32,925 nt of DNA from an uncultured Pseudomonadales bacterium (GTDB taxonomy: Bacteria > Pseudomonadota > Gammaproteobacteria > Pseudomonadales > Azotimanducaceae), in the NCBI GenBank assembly GCA_964577185.1, contig CAZNYE010000344.1:1-32925 (forward strand), in the 5' to 3' direction. How positions within the stretch are numbered: position 1 is the first letter of the stretch; every line of letters starts with the position of its first letter. Of the stretch, positions 25,783 to 32,925 are shown one piece after another. A model generated the notes under the pieces. It did no database searches, was not told the DNA's origin, and saw nothing but the letters and a program-made list of their open reading frames with translations. Both the position numbers and the translations under genes were made by a program.

Positions 25783-27087
25783 CTAGGTAAACCATGCATG
25801 CCAGTCATTGAGTGGAATGAAACGATCCTGTTCCACGACTGTGTAATAGCGCCGTTGCATGCCTTGACGGCGCTGAGGGGAAAAGGAAATAAGTTCGCCT
25901 ATGCCGAGGTCGAATTCACGCACCGAAAACACGGCATCTTCGAGCTTGTCGCGTGATGGATTGTCGCCAAGGCGATTGAGGATTTCGACCAGCAGTTTGG
26001 CATTCACGAAGCCTTCAAGGCTGACAAAGCTCTTGTCGAATGGCTGATAGTCCGGCTGGTGAAAGGCTTCTGGAACTTCGGGGTTATGCCGACGCATCAA
26101 GTCGCCGTATTCTTTCACAACCGGGATGGTTTCATCCTCGTAACTCGGCACCACTTGTGAATTCACAAGAAGTCGGGTGTAGCGAGCACTGTCCTCAAGC
26201 CCTTCAGTGATCAACTGCAGCAGATTCTCACTGCCTACAAAGGAAAGGTTCGCAATCGGCACTTCTAAGCCTTGATTCACGGCGTCGCGCAGGAAAGCAG
26301 CGCAGGCACCATAGGCACCTATGCAGATGATCGCATCTGGATTCACTCGCTGCAGTATTTCCACCTGTGGCCGCATGCTGCCCGAAAACCGTGCGCCTCG
26401 TTGATAGGTCGCCTCGCCCACGATTTGCTCGCCATGTGCGCTCAATGCCTTGCGAACGCCGGCCCAACCGCTGCGTCCATAGGCGTCGGCTTGGTAAAAG
26501 ACCGCGATTCGCCTGCGTCCAATGCGCAGGAAATTCTCGACGAGACCCTCGGTTTCTTCGCGGTAGGAGGCGCGCAAGTTAAAAGCAAACTCGCCGTAGG
26601 GCGGTTCGCGCTGAGGCTGGGCACCCGTGAACGGAAAGAATAGGAAAATGCTCTCTTCTTGGAATTTCTTCAGGATTGGCAGTACACGCGTGACGGTCGG
26701 CGTACCAACGTAGCCGAAGAGCGCAAATACCTGATCTTCCAAAAGCAGCTTCATGGTGTTCTGCACGGAGGGCACCGGCTGGTATCCATCGTCATACAGC
26801 TTGAGCCTGACCTGACGACCTCGTACGCCACCCTGTTGATTGATGTGGGTGAAGTAGGCCTGTGCGCCTCTGTAGAGCTCTATGCCAAGTCCGCGTGAGG
26901 GGCCGGAAAATGCCGCCGAGGTTCCGAGAATGATCTCGTCTGTGGTGATTCCTTGAAACTTGTCTGGGCGATTGGAGCTTACCGTGGATGCTGTCTGCGC
27001 AATGGTGAGCGTTGAGCCTAACCCAGTCAGAAGCATGCCACTTGCGAAGCTGGATTCCAGAAAGCTGCGTCTACTGAATTCGGGCAT
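25783..27087 (-). CDS. Tat-signal periplasmic substrate-binding protein (LivJ-like type I fold)
   Basis: 'SRRSFLESSFASGMLLTGLG' twin-arginine signal. 'ILGTSAAFSGPSRGLGIELYRGAQAYFTHINQQGGVRGRQVRLKLYDDGYQP' is typical of branched-chain-amino-acid-type binding proteins. Confidence 0.7.
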   Translation of the reverse strand: MPEFSRRSFLESSFASGMLLTGLGSTLTIAQTASTVSSNRPDKFQGITTDEIILGTSAAFSGPSRGLGIELYRGAQAYFTHINQQGGVRGRQVRLKLYDDGYQPVPSVQNTMKLLLEDQVFALFGYVGTPTVTRVLPILKKFQEESIFLFFPFTGAQPQREPPYGEFAFNLRASYREETEGLVENFLRIGRRRIAVFYQADAYGRSGWAGVRKALSAHGEQIVGEATYQRGARFSGSMRPQVEILQRVNPDAIICIGAYGACAAFLRDAVNQGLEVPIANLSFVGSENLLQLITEGLEDSARYTRLLVNSQVVPSYEDETIPVVKEYGDLMRRHNPEVPEAFHQPDYQPFDKSFVSLEGFVNAKLLVEILNRLGDNPSRDKLEDAVFSVREFDLGIGELISFSPQRRQGMQRRYYTVVEQDRFIPLNDWHAWFT

Positions 27088-27204
27088 CTGTTCGCGCCTG
27101 TATTGACCATCTCGGTTGGCATTGCTTACACATACTGTATCCTATCAGCCCCCGATTGATACACTATTGGTGGTGAATCCCAAGGCGTTCTGGTAGGCAA
27201 GCCG

Positions 27205-28272
27205 GTGAATGACTTGCAAATGTTCGAGCCGATGGATAGTCGCCTTGAGGCAGTCTTGGAAGCGCTCCCCGCGGATATTCTCTGCCGAGAGGGAAGGAAG
27301 CGAATCCTTGCTTGCGCGGAGGAGAAGCCTCTGTGTGCACTGCAATCCACCTTCGGCTTTGAGAGTCATCTCGACGAAGCTGCGCCCTACTGTGATTTGT
27401 TTCTGTCGGCGCCACGCGAGTCTCGATTCCTGCAATACCTTGCCGAGCAGGGTTCCAGCCAGGACGCAATCCCGGCCACACAGGGACTTTCCCGGATTGC
27501 AAAGGAAATTGAACACCCCACGAGCGCTTTCTTTGCTTGGGCGCGTTCGCTTGTTCTTGAGTACGACCTTGCTGTGGCTCCTTGGTCGGAATCGAGAGCG
27601 CCCGGCATCTTTATTGCACTGTCGGAAGAACTGGCGACAAGCCATGCGGCACAAGCGTCAGGTGATATCAAACCAAGACGCGAAGCACACATGATTGCGA
27701 GCATTTTTTCTTGCATGGACGCTGGTGAAGAAGTCGCCCAGTATCAAGCAGCGATCAAAGATGCGCTGTATGTTTTACCCGCGGGGGGTCGAGTCCTACA
27801 TGTGGGCACTATGCCGGAGCGCGCCGCACAGCTGGCGCGATTGGTGCTGTCTATGCCGAGTTCGCAGCTTCTCCACTACCTGCAATTGCTTGGATGGGGC
27901 GGCCCCTTGCACGAATTGAATAGTCTGCTGCAATTGGCCGGAGAATGGTGTGGCGGAAGTAGGGTTAGCTTGTCCTTGGATGTTTCTCGCGAAGGCGTTT
28001 CTGATCGCCTTGGTCTCGAGCTTTATCTTGAGCAACCTTGGCACAGTGCGCCGCCTGGATCTTGGGGCAATTGTCTTCGACATCTGGTGGAGGCGGGGTG
28101 GAGCCGCAAAGAAAAGGCTGCTGGTCTCTTGAATTGGCCTCGTACCGATATGATCTTGTCTGAAAAGGGCAGCTATAAGCTCTTAACAGGGATTAATCAC
28201 CTCAAGTTAACCCTAGAGGCGGGGAGCGTTCGAAGCAAAGCCTATATGGGTGCCTTTCTGTTCGGGCAATGA
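27205..28272 (+). CDS. hypothetical protein (355 aa); an ABBA-prenyltransferase-like strand/helix pattern is only a weak impression
   Basis: Long ORF whose stop overlaps the downstream start (ATGA at 28269-28272). It has repeated strand-like blocks ('FGFESHL', 'LVLEYDLAV', 'RVSLSLDVS...RLGLELYLE', 'INHLKLTLEAGSVRSKAYMG'). The start is ambiguous between GTG 27205 and ATG 27220. Confidence 0.55.
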   Translation: MNDLQMFEPMDSRLEAVLEALPADILCREGRKRILACAEEKPLCALQSTFGFESHLDEAAPYCDLFLSAPRESRFLQYLAEQGSSQDAIPATQGLSRIAKEIEHPTSAFFAWARSLVLEYDLAVAPWSESRAPGIFIALSEELATSHAAQASGDIKPRREAHMIASIFSCMDAGEEVAQYQAAIKDALYVLPAGGRVLHVGTMPERAAQLARLVLSMPSSQLLHYLQLLGWGGPLHELNSLLQLAGEWCGGSRVSLSLDVSREGVSDRLGLELYLEQPWHSAPPGSWGNCLRHLVEAGWSRKEKAAGLLNWPRTDMILSEKGSYKLLTGINHLKLTLEAGSVRSKAYMGAFLFGQ

Positions 28273-29240
28273 GCGATCGCACTTCTCTCGGGCCGCTCCA
28301 AGGAACCGCGCCGTTGCGGGCAATTGCGGAGTCCATAAAGCGCGGATTTACCTTCTTGCAGGCGAGCGTCTCACCAGAAGGTGTGTGGGAGAGCCACTAT
28401 CACGTTTCCTCGACACCCGACACCTTGATCAAGGAAGAGAACCCCTTCGTCGGTGCGCTAGGTTCCTTGCGGCTCGAACGCATGGCGCGAAAGGAAGCGA
28501 CGGAAATCATTCTTCGCACACGGGCCTATACCAAGAATGTCATGGAATACCCTGGCGTGTGGCGCTATTGGCCACATCTTCCGCCGGATGCGGATACCAC
28601 CTCCACCTGTGCTTTGTCACTTGGGGGGGCACATCCCTGGTTGCTCGCAGGCTGGGGGGAGAAACTGATGGTCGACTGCTGCGATGAGGCTGGCAGGTTC
28701 CACACTTGGATTGCGGGCAAACGAAAGGAAGGCTTTGACGCCGATGCTGTGGTGAACGCTCATGTCATCGCTTACATGGGAGACACTGCGAGCACTCGAC
28801 CTGCTCATAAATGGCTCGTTTCCCTCCTCAATGCACATCGGGAACGCGAGGCGATTCATTACTATTGGGATGAAATCGACTTCTACGCTGCCATGGTGCA
28901 GGCGAACAATACGCACGGCTCTTTGTTTGTGGACGCACTCGCGCACATCGCGTCGCGAATTCACGCGCGTCGCGGACAGGATGGATCCTACGGAGACCAG
29001 TTGCGCACGAGCCTGGCAGTCCTATCCCTGCTGGATCTTGAAGCGCCGCCGAGCCGAGACGAATTGATTGCTTCCGCAGGCTATCTGTTGCGAAGGCAAT
29101 CGAAAGATGGCGGCTGGCCGAGTTCTCAGCTTTCATCAGGCCCCATATGGCCAGATGAGCGCACATTTGTGTTTCGCTCCAGAGCTTTTGATACCACTTG
29201 CTGTCTTGCTGCTCTGGATAGGATTGGTCAGGTGTGTTGA
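28269..29240 (+). CDS. prenyltransferase/squalene-oxidase-repeat (alpha/alpha-toroid, class II terpene-cyclase-like) protein, single-domain size
   Basis: Repeat motifs 'SPEGVWES', 'RRGQDGSYGD' and 'RRQSKDGGWPSS' (QxxDGGW type). 'PPDADTTSTCAL' (DADTT at 28587-28601) aligns with the DxDDTA acid motif region of squalene-hopene-type cyclases. No LanC Zn motifs are present. Confidence 0.6.
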   Translation: MSDRTSLGPLQGTAPLRAIAESIKRGFTFLQASVSPEGVWESHYHVSSTPDTLIKEENPFVGALGSLRLERMARKEATEIILRTRAYTKNVMEYPGVWRYWPHLPPDADTTSTCALSLGGAHPWLLAGWGEKLMVDCCDEAGRFHTWIAGKRKEGFDADAVVNAHVIAYMGDTASTRPAHKWLVSLLNAHREREAIHYYWDEIDFYAAMVQANNTHGSLFVDALAHIASRIHARRGQDGSYGDQLRTSLAVLSLLDLEAPPSRDELIASAGYLLRRQSKDGGWPSSQLSSGPIWPDERTFVFRSRAFDTTCCLAALDRIGQVC

Positions 29241-29268
29241 CACCGTGTCGTCAGGCACTTGTCGCGGT

Positions 29269-32187
29269 TTATTCGAGCAGTTGCCTCTCCATCAGACTGC
29301 GAAATAAGCCGGACACGCTTGAGAGCTGTGCGTAGTTGCCAGATTGCACGAGCCTTCCCTGCTCAAGGACTAGGATCTTGTCTGCCTCCTTGATGGTGGA
29401 AAGTCTATGCGCGATCACGATTCGAGTGGCTGCCAGCGACTCGATGTTCTTCATGACTCGAGCTTGGGATTTGTTGTCGAGCCAGTTGGTGGCTTCGTCG
29501 AGGAACACAAACCGAGGTTTGCGAATGATCGCGGCGGCGAGCAGAATTCGCTGAATCTGCCCACCGGAATAGAGCGCCGAACTATCGCCTACTGGTGTCA
29601 GCATGCCGAGATGCATTTGCCGAATATCTTCCTCAATGGTGGCTAAACGCGCCGCTTCCCATGCTTCTGCCTCACCGAGGTCATGCGCAATCCCGGTGAT
29701 GTTTTGAAGCAGGGTGCCCGGTTGAAGCGAGCCGTTCTGGGCCACAACCCCCAGTTGTCTTCTCAAAGCACGTTTGTTGAGGTGGGAGATATCGTAATTG
29801 TCGTAGTAGATGGCACCGGACGCGGGCCGTTCGAGGCCGAGTGCGAGGTTCATCAGGCTTGTCTTTCCTGCACCCGACTCTCCCACAACTGCCACGAACT
29901 CTCCGGGTAGGATGTGGAAGGAGATATCCTTAAGGACGAGCTCTACTTCGCCCGGGTAGCAAAAGCTCACATGGTCGAAGCGGAGCTCCCCGCGTAGCGT
30001 AATCTCCATACCCTGTTCCTGGGGGCCACTATCAAATCCTTCAGGCGCTGTCTGCAACAGCGGTGGAATCTGCTGATATTCCGAAGGAATCGATGAAAGT
30101 GCCTGGACCGAAGCACCCAAACGGGCTGTCGCAGAAAAGAACAGCATGGAACCGGTGTAGACAACGAGGAATTCGGCGATTGAGAACTGGTCACGAATGA
30201 ACAGGGCGGCCGTGAAGAGGGCTGTTGCAGCGAGGTAGGGAACGCTCGATGTGACGGCGAGCGTGAAGGTGTTGATGCGGGCAATTGAGATTTCGGCTTC
30301 CTTCTGGCGCACATATCCATTCGCCCAGAATGCGAAAGCGCTTTGCTCGGCACCAGTGGAGCGCAGCTTGTGTATCCCGCTAATAAGTTGATACAACGTC
30401 CCGGACAGGCGTTGCCGCTGGCGAAAGAACTCCTTATGGGGCCGGAGTTGCAGCGCTCCCGACGCAGCGACAAATGCGAGGGCGACAAGGCCTATACAGA
30501 GGCTGATGAGCGCGAGCTTGATATCGAAGAGGAATAGGAGGAACAGGATCGGAAAAATGAAAACAACGGAGATCAAGGAATTGGCGACTAGGCTCGAAGC
30601 CCGATCCCGGAGATTTTGAAAGACCATGGCGCGTGAGGCGAGCTCTCCGGCGGAGAAGCCTCTTAGGCTATTGAGAGGCACACCAAGTAGTCGATCCCAA
30701 AGCGCCGCCGAGAGTCGCGTGGCCGTGCGAGCCTCAACTCGAAGCAGCGTCGAATTCTGCAGATAGGTCATCGCCATTCCTAGGAGGGCCACGAACACAA
30801 GCGCAACTCCAAGGCTAGGTAAGAGTTCTAGATTTTCGCGCCAGGCCACCCATTGCGCCAGCTTGGCAAGCGCGAACGCCGGCAGAAAGCTGAGGATTCC
30901 GACGGCAAAGCCAGTCAACAGAAAGCGAACAGCTTCTAGGGGTAGCCCTTGCTTGGCGATTGCCAGAATATCTTTCGTGGTCGTCGTGCGCTTCGGTAGT
31001 GGTCGGTAAAACACCCAGGCTCGCTCCCCAATGCTTTGCACATCTTTGGAACTCACCCGTCTAGTCTGCCCTTTGGTTGGGTCGACCATTCGGTAACGAC
31101 CGAAATTGCTGGGCACTAACGCGAGTGGGCGAAAGTCTTCGCAGTGATGCGCGAGCATGGAAAAGCTGTCGCCCACCCACCAATAGGGCGAAGATGCCAG
31201 ATTGACCTCGCGTGCACGCACGCCGGATGCCAACAAGACACTTGTCAAGGTTGTCGGCGCATCCCCCTTGGGAACCATGAAGTCGATGCCCTCTCTTTTG
31301 CCAATTGCCTGCAAGGCCTGCAGGAGCGCCGATTGCGAGTCACTGGCGGCCGTCCGCCTGCTTGTGGAAACTCGCGCCAATTGCTCGCGGGCGGTGTCTT
31401 CGGCCTCTTGGCGCAGCCTTGTACTATCAATTTGAAGTTGTGCGATATCGACTAAATCGAGTTTGCGATTGAGCTTCTCCGCGTCTATGGCAAGAACTTG
31501 AAATTTGTAAACGAGGTCCACCAATAGTTCTCGTTCAAGGAGTTGCAGGGAGGAAAGAGTTTCGATGGCGGAGGTCTTGTGGTATGTCGCCCAGGACTGT
31601 GGACACAGCGCAATAAAACAAGGCGGTTGGTGATCCGTTTCTCCGGTGCTCAGGAAGGCGGGCACCGGATTCGATGTGACCCACACCACGCCACGTTGCG
31701 ATGAGACCACGGACTTCTCGGGAAGGTCGGTTTTCATGCCGGGGTGAAGCGTCATGCTTATGCTCGGCGAGAGCGGGATGTCTTCGGCTATGGCCTGAGA
31801 AAGACGCTCTAGCCACAGGTCAACTTCTCCGGCGAACGCCTCTGGTGACAAGTGTGCAAGGAATCCCGCAAGTGGAATCTTGTGTACCCTATATCCAGGG
31901 GATCCTTTCATTCGTAATTGAAATTGGGATTCGCGGTTTCGATCCACCGCAAAGACGAGCCGACCCTCGTCTGCGCGGGCCAAATGCTTGTAGCTTGAGA
32001 CGACCTCGCTCTGCTTGATTTCAACAAGAAAGACATCGACACGCCCGGATTCCACATACCAGACAAAGGCCTCATCGTCGAGAATGAGTTCGTCTACAAC
32101 CCTGTCAAAGGCTTCCGTGCTGATCGCCTGCAATCCTTCGGCGCTTAGCTTCTGAATTCGATTCAAAGACGCGGCCTCGCTATTCAC
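29269..32187 (-). CDS. ABC exporter (permease + ATPase) with ~330-aa N-terminal cNMP-binding-like region; NHLP-bacteriocin-system type
   Basis: Walker A 'GESGAGKTS', signature 'YSGGQIQR', Walker B 'FVFLDEAT', 'VIAHRL'. Six-helix TMD in the middle. The N-terminal 'FVWYVESGRVDVFLVE...GRLVFAV' beta-roll-like segment, total length and pairing with a second exporter match NHLP-family transporters as I recall them. Confidence 0.7.
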   Translation of the reverse strand: MNSEAASLNRIQKLSAEGLQAISTEAFDRVVDELILDDEAFVWYVESGRVDVFLVEIKQSEVVSSYKHLARADEGRLVFAVDRNRESQFQLRMKGSPGYRVHKIPLAGFLAHLSPEAFAGEVDLWLERLSQAIAEDIPLSPSISMTLHPGMKTDLPEKSVVSSQRGVVWVTSNPVPAFLSTGETDHQPPCFIALCPQSWATYHKTSAIETLSSLQLLERELLVDLVYKFQVLAIDAEKLNRKLDLVDIAQLQIDSTRLRQEAEDTAREQLARVSTSRRTAASDSQSALLQALQAIGKREGIDFMVPKGDAPTTLTSVLLASGVRAREVNLASSPYWWVGDSFSMLAHHCEDFRPLALVPSNFGRYRMVDPTKGQTRRVSSKDVQSIGERAWVFYRPLPKRTTTTKDILAIAKQGLPLEAVRFLLTGFAVGILSFLPAFALAKLAQWVAWRENLELLPSLGVALVFVALLGMAMTYLQNSTLLRVEARTATRLSAALWDRLLGVPLNSLRGFSAGELASRAMVFQNLRDRASSLVANSLISVVFIFPILFLLFLFDIKLALISLCIGLVALAFVAASGALQLRPHKEFFRQRQRLSGTLYQLISGIHKLRSTGAEQSAFAFWANGYVRQKEAEISIARINTFTLAVTSSVPYLAATALFTAALFIRDQFSIAEFLVVYTGSMLFFSATARLGASVQALSSIPSEYQQIPPLLQTAPEGFDSGPQEQGMEITLRGELRFDHVSFCYPGEVELVLKDISFHILPGEFVAVVGESGAGKTSLMNLALGLERPASGAIYYDNYDISHLNKRALRRQLGVVAQNGSLQPGTLLQNITGIAHDLGEAEAWEAARLATIEEDIRQMHLGMLTPVGDSSALYSGGQIQRILLAAAIIRKPRFVFLDEATNWLDNKSQARVMKNIESLAATRIVIAHRLSTIKEADKILVLEQGRLVQSGNYAQLSSVSGLFRSLMERQLLE

Positions 32188-32925
32188 TCATGACCAATTC
32201 CCTATACAGGCCGCCTTGCTCCGAGATGAGTTGGTCGTGGCTGCCGCGCTGAACAGTTTTCCCTTTTTGCAGCACAATGATCTCGTCACAATCTCGGATG
32301 GCGCTGAGCCGATGGGCGATGATGACGCATGCGCATCCCCTTCTGCGCAAGGCATCGTCTATTTGTCTTTCCACGGCTGCATCGAGCGAGCTGGTCGCCT
32401 CGTCGAGCACTAAGAGGGAGGGTCGGCTCACGAGCGCCCGAGCGATTTCCAATCGTTGCCGTTGACCGCCGCTAAAGTTGATTCCGCCCTCCTCGACATG
32501 CCCCGAATAGTTGAGTCGGCGCCTCGCAATGTCATCGTGAATAGCGGCGTCCCTTGCCGCATTTGTGATCATGCCGTCTGGGACCGAGGCGTTCCACATG
32601 GTGAGGTTGTCTCGGATAGTGCCTGAAAACAGCGAGATCTGTTGATCAACGAATGCGACAGATTCACTCATGATGCTGCGTGGAACATCTTCACGCGGAT
32701 GTCCGTCGAACAGTACCTGCCCCTGCCAGGATTGATACACACCAGCAATCAACAGCGCCAAGGTTGATTTTCCAGCACCACTCGGCCCGATGATGGCAAC
32801 CCTTTGCCCCGGTTTAACTTTAAGATTAAAATTCTCGATGAGCGGACCACTGTGACCCCGATAACCGAAGGAAACGTCACGGAGCTCAAGGTGTCCAGCG
32901 AGCCTCAGGCGCCCATCAATGGTGG
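32180..32925 (-). CDS. ABC exporter ATPase domain, C-terminal part of a gene that continues beyond the right edge (likely the peptidase/permease/ATPase partner)
   Basis: The ORF track starts at a TTG (32761), but my translation stays open to 32925: '...LELRDVSFGYRGHSGPLIENFNLKVKPGQRVAIIGPSGAGKSTLALL'. Signature 'FSGGQRQR', Walker B 'LLVLDEAT', 'IIAHRL'. 8-nt overlap with the downstream exporter gene. Confidence 0.75.
   Translation of the reverse strand, partial: TIDGRLRLAGHLELRDVSFGYRGHSGPLIENFNLKVKPGQRVAIIGPSGAGKSTLALLIAGVYQSWQGQVLFDGHPREDVPRSIMSESVAFVDQQISLFSGTIRDNLTMWNASVPDGMITNAARDAAIHDDIARRRLNYSGHVEEGGINFSGGQRQRLEIARALVSRPSLLVLDEATSSLDAAVERQIDDALRRRGCACVIIAHRLSAIRDCDEIIVLQKGKTVQRGSHDQLISEQGGLYRELVMSE

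Noticed and set aside
27133-27148. TACTGTATCCTATCAG, resembling a LexA/SOS box half-site
   Set aside because: CTGT is followed after 8 nt by AGCC, not ACAG, so only one half-site is present.
28269-29240. Interpretation of the alpha/alpha-toroid protein as a LanC-like lanthionine cyclase (tempting next to RiPP exporters)
   Set aside because: The LanC zinc and acid motifs (GxxHG, WCxG, CHG) are absent. The repeats are of the QxxDGGW prenyltransferase/squalene-cyclase type.
1-32925. Scan for CRISPR arrays, IS elements, integrases, rRNA/tRNA genes and tandem repeats
   Set aside because: I found none by eye. The only substantial repeat is the 101-bp direct repeat pair around the VapBC cassette.

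Overview
This is a 32.9-kb bacterial chromosomal window. I recognised no rRNA, tRNA, CRISPR array, transposase or integrase. The left third (about 1-11.3 kb) looks more AT-rich by eye and reads as an accessory, defence-island-like patchwork. It holds a partial DUF429-like gene, a DUF4209-type protein with an R-x4-H motif plus a 239-aa partner, a stretch of gene remnants, and a stand-alone deoxyribosyltransferase/TIR-like protein. It also holds a retropepsin-like protease pair, a sigma-like / unknown / ImmA-IrrE protease operon, and a decayed VapBC module. That operon is divergent from a tightly coupled three-gene operon ending in a minimal ThiF/E1-like enzyme, which is met by a convergent papain-like Cys peptidase. 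The middle carries ordinary-looking genes: SprT-like protease, YjbR-type protein, MhpD-like hydratase, DUF4143-type AAA ATPase, YdjA-like nitroreductase, RND/MMPL exporter and SDR oxidoreductase. These are interrupted by an intact VapBC cassette bracketed by 101-bp direct repeats, a ParE toxin abutting a C5-methyltransferase homologue that lacks the catalytic Cys, and a type II R-M pair with an unusual DGAY motif IV. The right end holds a Tat-exported LivJ-like binding protein, a HAMP-only sensor and an OFA-type MFS transporter. These are followed by a two-gene operon (unknown 355-aa protein plus a class-II terpene-cyclase/prenyltransferase-repeat protein) convergent on two NHLP-bacteriocin-type ABC exporters that run off the window. 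The best candidates for new biology are the E1-like cassette with its protease/sigma regulatory arm (6.7-10.8 kb) and the terpene-cyclase-like pair beside the RiPP exporters (27.2-29.2 kb). All family assignments come from reading the translated ORFs and recognising motifs; no searches were run.
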